Sequence record: SRR20825010_1231
Length of the DNA stretch: 64,000 nt
Direction: 5' to 3' (one strand)
In this document: positions 1-10,509 of the stretch, one piece after another
Numbering within the stretch: position 1 is the stretch's first letter
How the letters are laid out: each line of letters opens with the position of its first letter
Notes under the pieces: generated by a model
Told to the model about the DNA's origin: nothing
What the model saw: only the letters and a program-made list of their open reading frames with translations
The model's database searches: none
Program-made: the position numbers and the translations under genes

Positions 1-527
1 TCGCTTGCTACCAGACCGACTGCACCCTTTCAGTCGCATAACATTCGATTCAACCCTACTCAGTTGGGTCGTATTCGGGGAGTCGTTTGATACGGGGCAA
101 GTGAGCTGGGGCATTTGACCAATATCACTCCACTCACGCTTGTCCTAGACTTTTTAAGCTTTTCTCGAATCTGCGGCAACAACGCCATTCGAGTCTCGAC
201 CCTGAGCCAACTTGCAGTCTCCGGGTTGGATCGGTGATGCCGGACGGCTCAATGCATGGCGGCTTCCACTCAGCGAGGAATACCTTTGGGATGCCAAGCC
301 GGCCGGACAGTTCCTCAGTATTCTTCAGTGTCTTACAGCCCTCAGTTTCCTTCCGAGACCAAGGTCTATCTACACAGGATCGGCCGAATGAACTGCGTCA
401 ATGTCCGCTGGGCCGCCCTGTTTCATCTCCGATCCTCTCGCTTACTCACCGTCTTTCGATCGAGGTTACAATCGAGCCTCGCAATTCTGCAGAGAGCTAT
501 CGATTCGTTTTGGAACGGCGCGTGTTT

Positions 528-2078
528 ATGAAAATGAAGTTCTTGTCAACAACGGTGTTGCTCGGTGCCGCATTCTGGATCGCTGGTAGCTTCGGTTTGC
601 TCACCGATGCCCAAGTTCAGGGACAACAATTCGGGCCCATCGACATGTTGCCGTCGCCCACTCAGGACATTCCACGCAGCCCGATTACGAGCAGCCCAGA
701 TACGTGCAAACCTATCGATCGTTCTGGTAGCATCTTGACTCCGAGAAGACCGATTCAACTTCCGGAACCAACCTTCGGTCCAATGCTGGGGCCTTCCCGC
801 TCGAGGCAAACTCCCAACGAGGCGGTGCAACCACCTGCGGCGGCTGGCCTGCAAATTCGCGTCGGCGACCTGATCCATCCCGAGAACGAACGCTTGGCTG
901 TTCGGGATGATAACGGGAACCGAGTCGTCGGTCGGTATCTCGTGGGCAGTGGTTCGGTTCGATTTGTGTTGATGCCGGACGGGCGTTTGAAGGTGTTCGA
1001 CGATGCGGAAGTCTCACCGACTGAAGATGCGTTCACACCGATGACCATTGACGAAGTCCGTGATCGCTGGCTGGCAGACGAACGACTCGCCAAGCTTGAG
1101 ATGAAGTCCATTCAGAGCAGACATTTTCTGTTTTTGTACAACACGAGTGAGCCGTTCATTCGCGCGACGCGAACGATCCTCGAAACGATGTACCCGGCCG
1201 TTCGCAAGTATTTCCAACGCACACGAATTGACACCCATGAACCAGAATTCCCCTTGGTCATCGTTGCATTTGCAAACGACCATCAGTTTCAAGAATTCAA
1301 TCGAATGCCCGAGGGCGTGGTGGCGTATTACGACAGCGCCTTCAACAACGTTGCGTTGTACGAGCAATCGCGTTTGAACCAAGTCGCTCCGCACGTCGCG
1401 GTGATGAATTCAATCTCCACCATCGCCCATGAAGGCGTCCATCAAATCCTGTACAACATCGGCGTACAACAGCGTCTGTCCCAATGGCCGATGTGGTTGA
1501 GCGAAGGTTTGCCGGAGTTCTTTGCACCGACATCAACGGGCGAGGGGGCTCGTTGGAAAGGGCTCGGTGCGACCAACGATTTAAGAATGAAAGAGATCTT
1601 CGAAGATGTGAAATCCGGCAGGCGTTTGGGCGACGGTTCCCATCTCAAACGGCTCGTCGAATCAAATGAGTTTGACTCGCAAGAATACGCTTATGCTTGG
1701 GGCGTGATTCACTGGATGGCTCGCAAACAACGGGAGGAGCTGTTTGCATCGATCCGCGAAGCGTCCGCACGGAAGCCGCTCGCCCACCTGACAGAAAACG
1801 CACCAGACAACGCCTCCTTCTTTCAAAAACACCTGGGCGACGATTTCGTTGAACATGAAAAGGATCTGGCCAGACACCTGCTTTCAATTCGATGGGTTGA
1901 TCCAGCGGAGAACCAAGTGCACTACCTAGTCATTTCAGGTAGCCGTGTCACGCTGACGACATCGCCCGAACGAGTTGAAGAATTGCGACGCGCGACGCTG
2001 CCATTGCAGAAATTTCGGGTGCAGCGGTTTCGCACTCGTACGCTGGCCATGCAAGCGATGAGTGCGATCACACAATGA
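528..2078 (+). CDS. DUF1570-like exported zinc metallopeptidase (gluzincin-type)
   Basis: Signal-like MKMKFLSTTVLLG at ATG 528; HEGVH (HExxH) followed by WLSEGLPEFF; upstream extension to 234 looks non-coding. Confidence 0.75.
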   Translation: MKMKFLSTTVLLGAAFWIAGSFGLLTDAQVQGQQFGPIDMLPSPTQDIPRSPITSSPDTCKPIDRSGSILTPRRPIQLPEPTFGPMLGPSRSRQTPNEAVQPPAAAGLQIRVGDLIHPENERLAVRDDNGNRVVGRYLVGSGSVRFVLMPDGRLKVFDDAEVSPTEDAFTPMTIDEVRDRWLADERLAKLEMKSIQSRHFLFLYNTSEPFIRATRTILETMYPAVRKYFQRTRIDTHEPEFPLVIVAFANDHQFQEFNRMPEGVVAYYDSAFNNVALYEQSRLNQVAPHVAVMNSISTIAHEGVHQILYNIGVQQRLSQWPMWLSEGLPEFFAPTSTGEGARWKGLGATNDLRMKEIFEDVKSGRRLGDGSHLKRLVESNEFDSQEYAYAWGVIHWMARKQREELFASIREASARKPLAHLTENAPDNASFFQKHLGDDFVEHEKDLARHLLSIRWVDPAENQVHYLVISGSRVTLTTSPERVEELRRATLPLQKFRVQRFRTRTLAMQAMSAITQ

Positions 2079-2128
2079 GTTTTGATTGCACGATAAATTT
2101 TGGTTGAATAATAAATTTTGGTTGCACA
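2075..2128. repeat. Three imperfect tandem 18-bp AT-rich repeats
   Basis: atgagttttgattgcacg / ataaattttggttgaata / ataaattttggttgcaca. Confidence 0.7.
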
Positions 2129-2395
2129 GCGAATCTGGTTACTCAATGAACACGACTCCATGAAGCAGCGTCTGATTCTGCGTCCCGTGCATGACTCCCA
2201 TCGTGAATCCTGTTTGAGATAGCGCTCCCTCATGGCCGCTGTTGCCTGCGTGAACGGCGCGGCGTCTCGTGCCATCGGATTGGTTCGCAGACGAATTGGT
2301 GATCATGATTGAGGTGCCAGCAGTCCTGGCGTCATGATCCATAGCCGCTTCGCCCAGCTTAAAAAAACGGTCGAAAAAAGCGTCAGGCGAATGGG

Positions 2396-2647
2396 CTACT
2401 CAGAGATTCCCTCGGGGTCTTTCAATGCCCGGTCGGCTTGATGGATCGCGTCGACCAATGTCTGTAGCGCCGACGACACTCGATTGAGTGTCGGTGCCAG
2501 ATCGGCCAGGCACTGCTCTTCAAACTGGCGTGCTGGCTCGTCACGCCAAACCGATTTGGTCTGTTGCCATTGCTCAGCGAATTCACTGAATTCATGTCGC
2601 AGTTGATTTTGAGTCTCTTGGATTGTTCCGGTACCAAACGGTTTCAT
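2396..2647 (-). CDS. Small helical WXG100-like protein (83 aa, central WRD)
   Basis: ATG 7 nt after the HEAT gene stop; helix-W-x-D-helix pattern (QWQQTKSVWRDEPARQFEE). Confidence 0.55.
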   Translation of the reverse strand: MKPFGTGTIQETQNQLRHEFSEFAEQWQQTKSVWRDEPARQFEEQCLADLAPTLNRVSSALQTLVDAIHQADRALKDPEGISE

Positions 2648-2654
2648 CGTTGAT

Positions 2655-4199
2655 TCATTCCGTGATGCCGTTGGGATTGAACGTTCGCAGCATCTTGCGA
2701 CCTTTGTAAAGGTGGAACAAATCCTCCGGCTGCGGCGGACGCGCGCGACCACCAGTGGGCAAATCAATCGTTTCCAAACCATCGGTCACAACGACGCATT
2801 CCTTCTCGTTCCGCACCGCGGTGAACACAGCCGCCGTTTCATCCAAGAAGAATCCCAACCGGTCGACTTTGACATCTTCGTATCCAACCCGTTCCAAATA
2901 GGTTTGCAACGGTTCAACGATTCGACGTTGTGCTTCGTTGAATTCCTTCGACGGCACCGTGAAGATGTCTGGATGATCCGCGTGCCATCCAGCGTAGATT
3001 GCATAGATGTCCTCCGGGGGGAAATCCGCGACATCGCATGAGATGGCGAAGACGGTCGGTCCGGTCAGTCCAACGTTACTGTATTGCCGTTCGCCAAAGT
3101 TGTATTCAAAGCGGACCAAGAACACATCGACTGGATCTTCAAAGCTGGGCCACAACATCCGGCGAGAATCCACGACCTCGACACCTGTCGGCGGCACGCC
3201 CATCTGCTGAGGCTGAGTCAACCACAATGCCATTTCGGCCTCGGCGATCGCACGCGGTTCACGATGTTCCTCGTGGATCAAATCTTCCAGTCCCAACTCG
3301 TCGGCGTAAGCGATCGCGCGGAGACGAGCGGCTGGTTCGCCCGCCAACTCGGCCAAGCGTTCTTTGCCGGTATCGACGCCCAGCTTCGCCAAGGCCCCTG
3401 CCGCTTCACATTGAACTCGGCGATGCTTCAGATCCAAGGTTTTGTTCAACTCACCGATGGAACTTTTATCGCCAATCAACCCAATGGCATCGCATAACGA
3501 GACCGCGAGCGCCACCGCTTCGCCAAGAACCGCTTGGACTTGCTCCACCTCAGTCCCGAAACTGCGTGGGTCTTCTTCGAACTTGGCCAAACGTCCTGCG
3601 ACGTGACCGAGCAAAGCGTTCAGCGATGCAATGCGTCCCTTCGCTGGATGCTCATGGACCAAACCCGTTCGCGTGACGTGCCCAGCCAAGTCCAAAATGG
3701 GTGCGGCCAAGGAGGGCTCCGAAATCGAATCCAATAGAGCGGGAAATACCGCATCAATGGACCAATCGTTGTGTTGCATCAACGGGCTGAGAATCTGCGC
3801 CGCCGCCATCCAACCCTTCGGTGGTGACTGCCCCAATTGCGTGACCAAGACACCCAATGATTCCGGTGTCCGGCGCATCGCCAGCAACTGAAGCATCAAG
3901 TGCCGGTTGGAGACTTCAGGCGAGAGTGATTCGATGATCTTGCCCAGCGCGGCGGGCTCAATCTTCGACAGAGGATCGCCCTTGGCCCTCAACGTTTTCA
4001 GGTGGATCAATCGAAGCAATCCACCCGTGATCGCTGGGTCCGCATCCATCAAACGAGCGGACTCTTCAGCGAGTGCAGCAACCAACATGGGGCCGTCCAA
4101 GCTGGGATCTTCCGCCAACTTTTTCAGTGCCACGCCAGCCTGAACCGGGTCGGCACCGGCGGCGAGAATCGGGTCAAAGGAAATTTCCGACAAGGTCAA
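2655..4199 (-). CDS. HEAT-repeat domain protein
   Basis: 514-aa alpha-helical ORF; PBS/HEAT-like segments (HRRVQCEAAGALAKLG). Confidence 0.65.
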   Translation of the reverse strand: MTLSEISFDPILAAGADPVQAGVALKKLAEDPSLDGPMLVAALAEESARLMDADPAITGGLLRLIHLKTLRAKGDPLSKIEPAALGKIIESLSPEVSNRHLMLQLLAMRRTPESLGVLVTQLGQSPPKGWMAAAQILSPLMQHNDWSIDAVFPALLDSISEPSLAAPILDLAGHVTRTGLVHEHPAKGRIASLNALLGHVAGRLAKFEEDPRSFGTEVEQVQAVLGEAVALAVSLCDAIGLIGDKSSIGELNKTLDLKHRRVQCEAAGALAKLGVDTGKERLAELAGEPAARLRAIAYADELGLEDLIHEEHREPRAIAEAEMALWLTQPQQMGVPPTGVEVVDSRRMLWPSFEDPVDVFLVRFEYNFGERQYSNVGLTGPTVFAISCDVADFPPEDIYAIYAGWHADHPDIFTVPSKEFNEAQRRIVEPLQTYLERVGYEDVKVDRLGFFLDETAAVFTAVRNEKECVVVTDGLETIDLPTGGRARPPQPEDLFHLYKGRKMLRTFNPNGITE

Positions 4200-4317
4200 G
4201 GTTCCAAAAGTGAAAGATTAAAAATGGGGCAGGGCAGAGCAGGGCGGTACTGATCGAAACCACTGTTCTTCCGGTTGGGATCACTGGAGTGACAACAGCG
4301 AAGCTTGCAATGCCCGC

Positions 4318-4734
4318 TTATGAATCGTCGGATTCCGGTTGATACGTCAGATCAGGACTCACCGCATCGGACCATCCCAATCGGTCAATGTCATCCAGAG
4401 TCGCCCAACGATTGTTGCCTTGATAAAGCGGCGATTGATCGATGGGGCACTTCGGTGTTTCGGCATCGGCATAAATGTGCACGCCTTGAATGTTGGGCTG
4501 CAACCAGATCGCTTCGCATTCATCGCAGACCACCAAACCGTGCGATGGTTTGTCGTCGACCAATCCACAGGCACGAATGGAGCACAGCCCTTGTTCACAA
4601 ATCGGGCACGAACCGACGCTGTGTCGAACATCGGAATTGGAATCAGGGTGAGTCACAGAATTGACTTCCAAACAAGAACGGAATGATTCGGATGGTGCCA
4701 CTGAGAATTGATTTTCAAAGTGGCGTTTTCGCAT
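4318..4734 (-). CDS. Small Cys-rich hypothetical protein, possibly zinc-binding (start uncertain)
   Basis: CPIC...C...C...CDEC...CP motifs. Confidence 0.55.
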   Translation of the reverse strand: MRKRHFENQFSVAPSESFRSCLEVNSVTHPDSNSDVRHSVGSCPICEQGLCSIRACGLVDDKPSHGLVVCDECEAIWLQPNIQGVHIYADAETPKCPIDQSPLYQGNNRWATLDDIDRLGWSDAVSPDLTYQPESDDS

Positions 4735-4770
4735 GTCGATTCAACGTCACGGGTCGATTCGACGTCACGG
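4735..4770. repeat. Tandem 18-bp duplication (2 copies, 1 mismatch)
   Basis: gtcgattcaacgtcacgg gtcgattcgacgtcacgg. Confidence 0.8.
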
Positions 4771-4778
4771 AATGAGCT

Positions 4779-5585
4779 CTACAGCGGGAACGCGGTGATC
4801 AAGCGATTGCCTTCCAGCACCAAACGCACTCGGCGGGCCATCGGGTTGCGGCTTCTCTGGCCGTCGCGTCCACCGACAAAGCCAACTCGTTTCCCCATGT
4901 CGACGGTGTAGATCGTTCGCTTCCCGTCCACTTCTTTGGTCGTCCGTTGATTCGCCTGTGCTTTCTCGTATGCCTTGTCGATCGTTGCCAACGCACCTTC
5001 CATGTCGCCATCAAAGACGCCGTGTTTTCCCGAGCGGTTGGGTTGGTCTTTGGTGTGACGTCGAAGATGCTCGAGCCGGTGACCTTCCGCACTTCCAGGT
5101 GTGTACAGCACTCCGGCCGGAGACAGGAATCGGTCCGGGCTGATTTCTCTCAGCAGGCCGTATTCAAGATCCGAATTGTCCGTCGTTGGCTGGGCGGTCG
5201 CCGAGTTGGACTGAGACGCCGGATCCCCACGAGTCATTTTGGAGGCGAGCGGTCCGGGAGACTTGGCGGTCTCGTTCCGTTGAGGTTGAGTTTGACTCTC
5301 AACTCGAGGCGCTGCGGGTTTCGCCGATTCATTCGGCGCTGGGACTGAACGCGAACTGCTGGTTTGATCCGAAACGGGTGCGGGTGAATTGTCCGCAACC
5401 GAATCCTTTGCGACCTGTTTGCCGGGCAACGCAGGCAAGTTCCACCCCGTTGCCTCGTTAATCGATGGCCGGAGCAGCGTGTAGCCACCTACGACAACCG
5501 CGAGGACGATCCCCGCCACCGTGGTCTGTTTGCCTTTTTTGCCGCCAGGCCGATGGGGCCCCGAGCGAGATTCAGCAGCATTCAT
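4779..5585 (-). CDS. Membrane-anchored protein with Pro/Ser linker and C-terminal nuclease-toxin-like domain
   Basis: N-terminal TM (VAGIVLAVVVGGY), low-complexity linker, C-domain HRLEHLRRH...KHGVF...VDMGKRVG...LITAFP. Confidence 0.55.
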   Translation of the reverse strand: MNAAESRSGPHRPGGKKGKQTTVAGIVLAVVVGGYTLLRPSINEATGWNLPALPGKQVAKDSVADNSPAPVSDQTSSSRSVPAPNESAKPAAPRVESQTQPQRNETAKSPGPLASKMTRGDPASQSNSATAQPTTDNSDLEYGLLREISPDRFLSPAGVLYTPGSAEGHRLEHLRRHTKDQPNRSGKHGVFDGDMEGALATIDKAYEKAQANQRTTKEVDGKRTIYTVDMGKRVGFVGGRDGQRSRNPMARRVRLVLEGNRLITAFPL

Positions 5586-5725
5586 TTTGGTTCAATCAAG
5601 CCAGCAAGTTCGAATTCGGTCTTCAATGACCGCCAACTTACCAGCCGATCCCAAAACTAGCCAACCATCTCGGGACACGGGCTCAGCACTCGATATTAGC
5701 ACTCAATCGAAGGCTCAAGATCCGA

Positions 5726-7096
5726 TCAGGACCCAATGATTTCGCTGACCACCCGTCCGTGGACGTCCGTCAGGCGAAAATCGCGACCGGCGTAGGGATA
5801 CGTCAGACGCTCGTGGTCGATTCCAAGTTGATGCAGCATGGTCGCGTGCAAATCGTGCATGTGGACGCGATCGCGAACCGCGTAGTAGCCGTAATCATCG
5901 GTCTCACCGTACGTGATGCCGCCGCGAATACCGCCACCACCCAGCACCATCGAAAATCCCTGCGGGTTGTGGTCGCGGCCATTGCTGCCCTGAACAACGG
6001 GCGTCCGACCAAACTCGCCGCCCCACACGACCAACGTGTCCTCCCAGAGCCCGCGTTGTTTCAGATCTGCAAACAATCCCGCGATCGGCAGGTCCGTCTT
6101 GGCGGCATTTTTCTCGTGCCCGTTCTTCAGATTGCCATGCTGGTCCCACACCTGGCCGCTGCTGACGGTGATGAATCGAACACCGGATTCCGCCAACCGG
6201 CGTGCCATCAAACAACTGCGTCCAAACGAATCCGTCGTCTTCTCGCCGATCCCGTACAGCTTCTTGGTCGCTTCGGTTTCGGTTGATAAGTCCATCACCT
6301 CTGGCGCGGTGCCACGCATTCGATTGGCCAAGTCCACCGCCTCGATAGCACCATCCGTCGCTCGGTCTCGTCCGGCCGATTGCGCATGGCCTCGGTTGAT
6401 TCGATTGACCAAGTCAAACTGGTGTTCCTCGGCGGCATCCAGGTAAGCGATCTTTCCTTCGCCAATCTGACCGTTTTTGCCAACCACGGTCGCTTGATGC
6501 TTGGCGGGCAAGAACGCCGCCCCATAGTTACGAGGTCCACCATGCGCGGTCGCGGGTGCGATCGCGACGTGAGCCGGCAAATCCGGATGCCCGGCCCCCA
6601 AGGCATAACTGATCCATGCACCGACACTGGGACGGACAAAGTTGTCGCTGCCCGTGTTCACCATTCCCACCGCTTGGCCGTGTGATTGACCGCGAGTGTG
6701 CATGGACCGAACAACGCACAGTGAATCCAGATGCTTGTTCATCTCCGGCAATAAATCGGTCGCCCACAATCCAGCCTCACCATGCTGCGACCATTTCCAT
6801 GGGCTGGCCAGCAACGTTGGCTTGGCACTGATTTGAGGCGGCAACTCGAACGGCAAATCCTTTCCGTTGTCGGCGATCAACCGCGGCTTGTAATCAAACG
6901 TGTCGACATGCGACGGTCCGCCATGCATGAACAAGAAGATCACCCGCTTGGCTTTCGCCGGATGATGCTGAACAGGAGTCTGCACACCCGAGTCATTGGC
7001 CCACACACTCGACGCGGGCATCGCCGACGCGGTGACAGCCAACGCTCCGGTCGTCCAAGTCGATTGGACCAAGCAATCTCGACGGTTCAGTTTCAT
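5726..7096 (-). CDS. DUF1501 family (sulfatase-like) protein with Tat signal
   Basis: MKLNRRDCL Tat-like start; [38 protein letters not shown] motifs. Confidence 0.9.
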   Translation of the reverse strand: MKLNRRDCLVQSTWTTGALAVTASAMPASSVWANDSGVQTPVQHHPAKAKRVIFLFMHGGPSHVDTFDYKPRLIADNGKDLPFELPPQISAKPTLLASPWKWSQHGEAGLWATDLLPEMNKHLDSLCVVRSMHTRGQSHGQAVGMVNTGSDNFVRPSVGAWISYALGAGHPDLPAHVAIAPATAHGGPRNYGAAFLPAKHQATVVGKNGQIGEGKIAYLDAAEEHQFDLVNRINRGHAQSAGRDRATDGAIEAVDLANRMRGTAPEVMDLSTETEATKKLYGIGEKTTDSFGRSCLMARRLAESGVRFITVSSGQVWDQHGNLKNGHEKNAAKTDLPIAGLFADLKQRGLWEDTLVVWGGEFGRTPVVQGSNGRDHNPQGFSMVLGGGGIRGGITYGETDDYGYYAVRDRVHMHDLHATMLHQLGIDHERLTYPYAGRDFRLTDVHGRVVSEIIGS

Positions 7097-7106
7097 CAGT
7101 TTCGCC

Positions 7107-10085
7107 TCAATCCAAAAATCGAAATTCGGTGCTCGCAAACATCGCCGCGATCCATTCGCGATAACGTTCTTCGTCGCTCGACATGGCCTTCGCCACATCG
7201 CTTTCCAACCAGGCGTGCAAGATTTGTTCGTCGACCGGTCGAGGGTCGCGAGAGAACAACACCGCGCAGGCCCACCGGACACGCTGCGTGTCGTCGGTTG
7301 TCTCTTTCATCATTCGCTTCGTCGTTTGCATCGCCCATCGGCGTACTTCGGGGCTGCCGATCAACGTCAACGCTTGCGCCGGCACGTTCGTTGTCGGTCG
7401 TTTCCCAACCAACAAATCCGGATCCGCCGCGTCCAGGTTCGCCAGCAACGGTGGCACTTCGGATCGAATCAATGGCAAGTAGATTGTTCGCTTTGGATCA
7501 TCCAGCCCAAACTTGGTGGTCGCTTTGGAGTTGGCGTTGTTTTGAATGACCAAGGTCGCATAGCTGTCCATCAAGTTTTCACGACCGCTGGGGTCGAGCG
7601 TGCCGGCAGCAACCAACATCGCATCGCGAATCGCTTCCGCGGGAATGCGTCTGCGAACGGCCCGACCTCGCCATCGGTTTTCAGGATCAAGTGAGACTCG
7701 CGGGTCGTCATCCGAAACCATCGATCGTGAATACGCGTCGCTGCAAACGATGTTTCGAATCAAACGCTTCTGACGCCAACCGTTGCGTACAAAGTCGATC
7801 GTCAACGCATCCAGCAACTCGGGATGAGTCGGTTTTTCACCCCGAATGCCGAAGTTGTCGACGGTCCGCACCAGCCCCTCGCCCATCAGATGCATCCAGA
7901 TTCGGTTGACACTGACCCGCGCGGTCAGCGGGTGATCGGGATCCGTCAACCACTGTGCCAACTCCAACCGACCGCTTCCTTCCAAGGGTTCAAACGCGGT
8001 GGTGGATTCGCTGAAGACTTGCGGAATGCCTCTCGGGACGATGTCGCCCAGATTGCTGACCTCACCCCGAATATGAATCGGGCAATCCTCCTGCTCATCG
8101 CTCGGTAAATCGGCCAGCGCCATCGCGGTCGGAACGGGGGGCGGAGCATTGGCGACCAAATCGGCTCGTTGTGACTTCAGTTGCTTGAGTGTCTGAGTCA
8201 ACGTGGTTCGCATCGCGATGCTTTGTTCGATCGCCGCGTCTGATTCACCCGGGTCCTTTTCGCCATCGACCTGAACCCACTGCACGGCATCGGCGATCAC
8301 ATAACCATCCGTCCCACGGTTCGAAAGCGTGACCTGCGACTGAGTTTCCGCCTCGCACTCAAACTCCTTCAGCACGCTGTAAGTGCCCGTCGTCGGAGGA
8401 ACCGTCTGATTCAAAACCAGATTGTGAGTCTCGTCGTTCAACTGCACCGCGACAGGCAGATTCGACGCCCGATTGCCGCTGGAGTTGTAGTGAACCCGAA
8501 GCTCATACCGTCCGGCATTGGGCAAGACCGCTGCAAACCGGATCGACGCCTCACCTTTGTTTCGGTTTTCGTCGTGCACATAACCTTTGCCAACAAACCC
8601 AGATTTGTACGTCGATTCAACCCAGTGACCATCGCGAACCGCATCAACATCATCGATCGTGATGCCTTCGAGTTCTGTCTTCTCTGCGAGAACCTTCAGT
8701 TCCGACTCGACTGCTTTGATCTCTTGCTCGAGGCCTTGCAGCGATTGTTCGTGTTCGCGAATGGACTCCTCGTGTTTCTTTGAAATCGGAAGCGGAGTTT
8801 TCTTCCACGTGCTGACGTATTGCTGCGACTCACCATGCAATGTTCGCGTGCTGCGAAAGATCCCCGCCATCGCGTAGTAGTCTCGCGTGGTGATGGGATC
8901 AAACTTGTGATCGTGACAGCGAGCACAACCAAACGTCATGCCGAGGAAAGCACGTCCGACCGTGTCGAGTTGCTCGTCGACCACATCCATCCGCAACTTG
9001 GTCTTGTTGCGTTCACTCAGCATCTTGGTGCCGATCATCAAGAACGTGGTGGCGACCAACTTGTCACGTCGATCTTCATCGGAAGACGCCGGCATCAAAT
9101 CACCCGCGATCTGTTCGCGAATCATCCGGTCGATTGGCATGTCGTTGGCAAACGACCGCACCAAGTAATCGCGATACCGCCAAGCGTCGTGATGGGTCGC
9201 ATTGAAATCGCTGCCGTTGCTGTCGGCATAGCGAGCCACGTCCATCCAATGCCTCGCCCAATGTTCCGCGAACTGCGTGCTGGCCAGATAACGATCCACC
9301 AATCGCCGCCAATGTGCGTCGCTGGGATCCGCTTGAAATTGCCGAAGCGTTTCAGGATCAGGCGGCAAGCCTGTCAGATCAAACGCCAAACGTCGCAGTC
9401 GCACGCTCGGGCTTGCGATCGGAGTTGCGGTCAATCCTTCGGCGTCCAAGCGTCGTTGCAGGTAGGCATCGATCGCGGAATCAGAATCAAACGCAACCGG
9501 CGACTCGCTCGAGCGAGGAGGCTGAAACGCCCAAAACTGCCGAGCTTGTTCCCAGTCGAATGACTTTGACTGAGAACTTGTGAGCTGTTCCTCTTCATAC
9601 ATCAATCTTGGATCAGCCGCACCATCGCGAATCCATTTTTCAAAATCTCGCACCACGTGATCGGGCAGCTTTCCCGAGGGTGGCATCTCGGAGGACTCGT
9701 ACCGAATCGCCGCCATCAGTTCGCTTGCCGCGGGATCGCCAGGTCGGATGGACGGCCCACTGTCACCGCCAACTTCCCATCCTTCCTTCACATCCAAACG
9801 CAACGAACCGCCGAGGTCATCCGAATCTTTAGCATGGCATTCATAGCAATGCTCGATCAGAACCGGACGAATGCGAGCTTCGAAGAAGTCAAAGGATTCT
9901 TCGTTCGATTCATCCGCGGAAACCATCGCTGCACAACCGATGGTTAGCCCAAAAAAAGCCAGCATCCATCGAGCGGTCGGCCAACGATTGGCGAGCGAAC
10001 AACATCGATCGCCGATTGGTTCAGCGATGACGTTGTCAAACAAGGGCGGGGCGAACGGACTCTTCATTACAGAACCGTCGATCAA
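7107..10085 (-). CDS. Planctomycete cytochrome c protein (PSCyt1 + DUF1549 + DUF1553) with an inserted golvesin/xanthan-lyase-like beta domain
   Basis: CYECH and [11 protein letters not shown] heme motifs; [35 protein letters not shown]. Confidence 0.9.
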   Translation of the reverse strand: MIDGSVMKSPFAPPLFDNVIAEPIGDRCCSLANRWPTARWMLAFFGLTIGCAAMVSADESNEESFDFFEARIRPVLIEHCYECHAKDSDDLGGSLRLDVKEGWEVGGDSGPSIRPGDPAASELMAAIRYESSEMPPSGKLPDHVVRDFEKWIRDGAADPRLMYEEEQLTSSQSKSFDWEQARQFWAFQPPRSSESPVAFDSDSAIDAYLQRRLDAEGLTATPIASPSVRLRRLAFDLTGLPPDPETLRQFQADPSDAHWRRLVDRYLASTQFAEHWARHWMDVARYADSNGSDFNATHHDAWRYRDYLVRSFANDMPIDRMIREQIAGDLMPASSDEDRRDKLVATTFLMIGTKMLSERNKTKLRMDVVDEQLDTVGRAFLGMTFGCARCHDHKFDPITTRDYYAMAGIFRSTRTLHGESQQYVSTWKKTPLPISKKHEESIREHEQSLQGLEQEIKAVESELKVLAEKTELEGITIDDVDAVRDGHWVESTYKSGFVGKGYVHDENRNKGEASIRFAAVLPNAGRYELRVHYNSSGNRASNLPVAVQLNDETHNLVLNQTVPPTTGTYSVLKEFECEAETQSQVTLSNRGTDGYVIADAVQWVQVDGEKDPGESDAAIEQSIAMRTTLTQTLKQLKSQRADLVANAPPPVPTAMALADLPSDEQEDCPIHIRGEVSNLGDIVPRGIPQVFSESTTAFEPLEGSGRLELAQWLTDPDHPLTARVSVNRIWMHLMGEGLVRTVDNFGIRGEKPTHPELLDALTIDFVRNGWRQKRLIRNIVCSDAYSRSMVSDDDPRVSLDPENRWRGRAVRRRIPAEAIRDAMLVAAGTLDPSGRENLMDSYATLVIQNNANSKATTKFGLDDPKRTIYLPLIRSEVPPLLANLDAADPDLLVGKRPTTNVPAQALTLIGSPEVRRWAMQTTKRMMKETTDDTQRVRWACAVLFSRDPRPVDEQILHAWLESDVAKAMSSDEERYREWIAAMFASTEFRFLD

Positions 10086-10341
10086 AAGGTGGGGGGAGAG
10101 GCGGGCCCTATAGGGTACACCATTCCCAACAACCGTGTGCCACGCGAGTCATCGCACCTTCAATCCGTTGGAACCAGAGGTCAAAAGTCGACCATTCCGC
10201 TGCAAAATCGTTTCAACCGGCACGAGCGGGCGAACCACTGTCGCAGTCGCACAATTTGCAACCGGGGATGGCTCACAAAAGCCCACCTGCTCATTCGTGA
10301 CCTAGTGTTTGTGTTAGCGACGTTGTGGGCTTCCGATTCGA

Positions 10342-10432
10342 CATTCAAGAAAACGGCAAACCACGTGTAAACGTGGGACGCAAAGTCATGGATCCATGTT
10401 GAAAAACATGGACTGCCAGACCGCCCTGGATG
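10342..10432 (+). ncRNA. c-di-GMP-I (GEMM-I) riboswitch
   Basis: GGCAAAC-CACGT-GTAA-ACGTG-GGACGCAAAG core; P3 stem tccatgtt-gaaa-aacatgga; 3' GCC; P1 cattcaag/cctggatg; matches the Vc2-type consensus. Confidence 0.88.
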
Positions 10433-10509
10433 CTTATCGACATCGCGTGAAGATGTGGTTGTCACATCGAGCGGGGGGGGATTCCCGACTCACAACCAAG
10501 GCACACGCC

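Noticed and set aside
1-39. Possible start of a minus-strand gene (MRLKGCSRSGSKR) running off the window
   Set aside because: Too short to support a call.
234-527. N-terminal extension of the DUF1570 ORF
   Set aside because: Ser/Pro-rich and precedes a clear signal peptide at 528; probably intergenic.
10396-10509. ORF-track start of the exported protein
   Set aside because: Begins inside the riboswitch; ATG 10510 gives a proper signal peptide.
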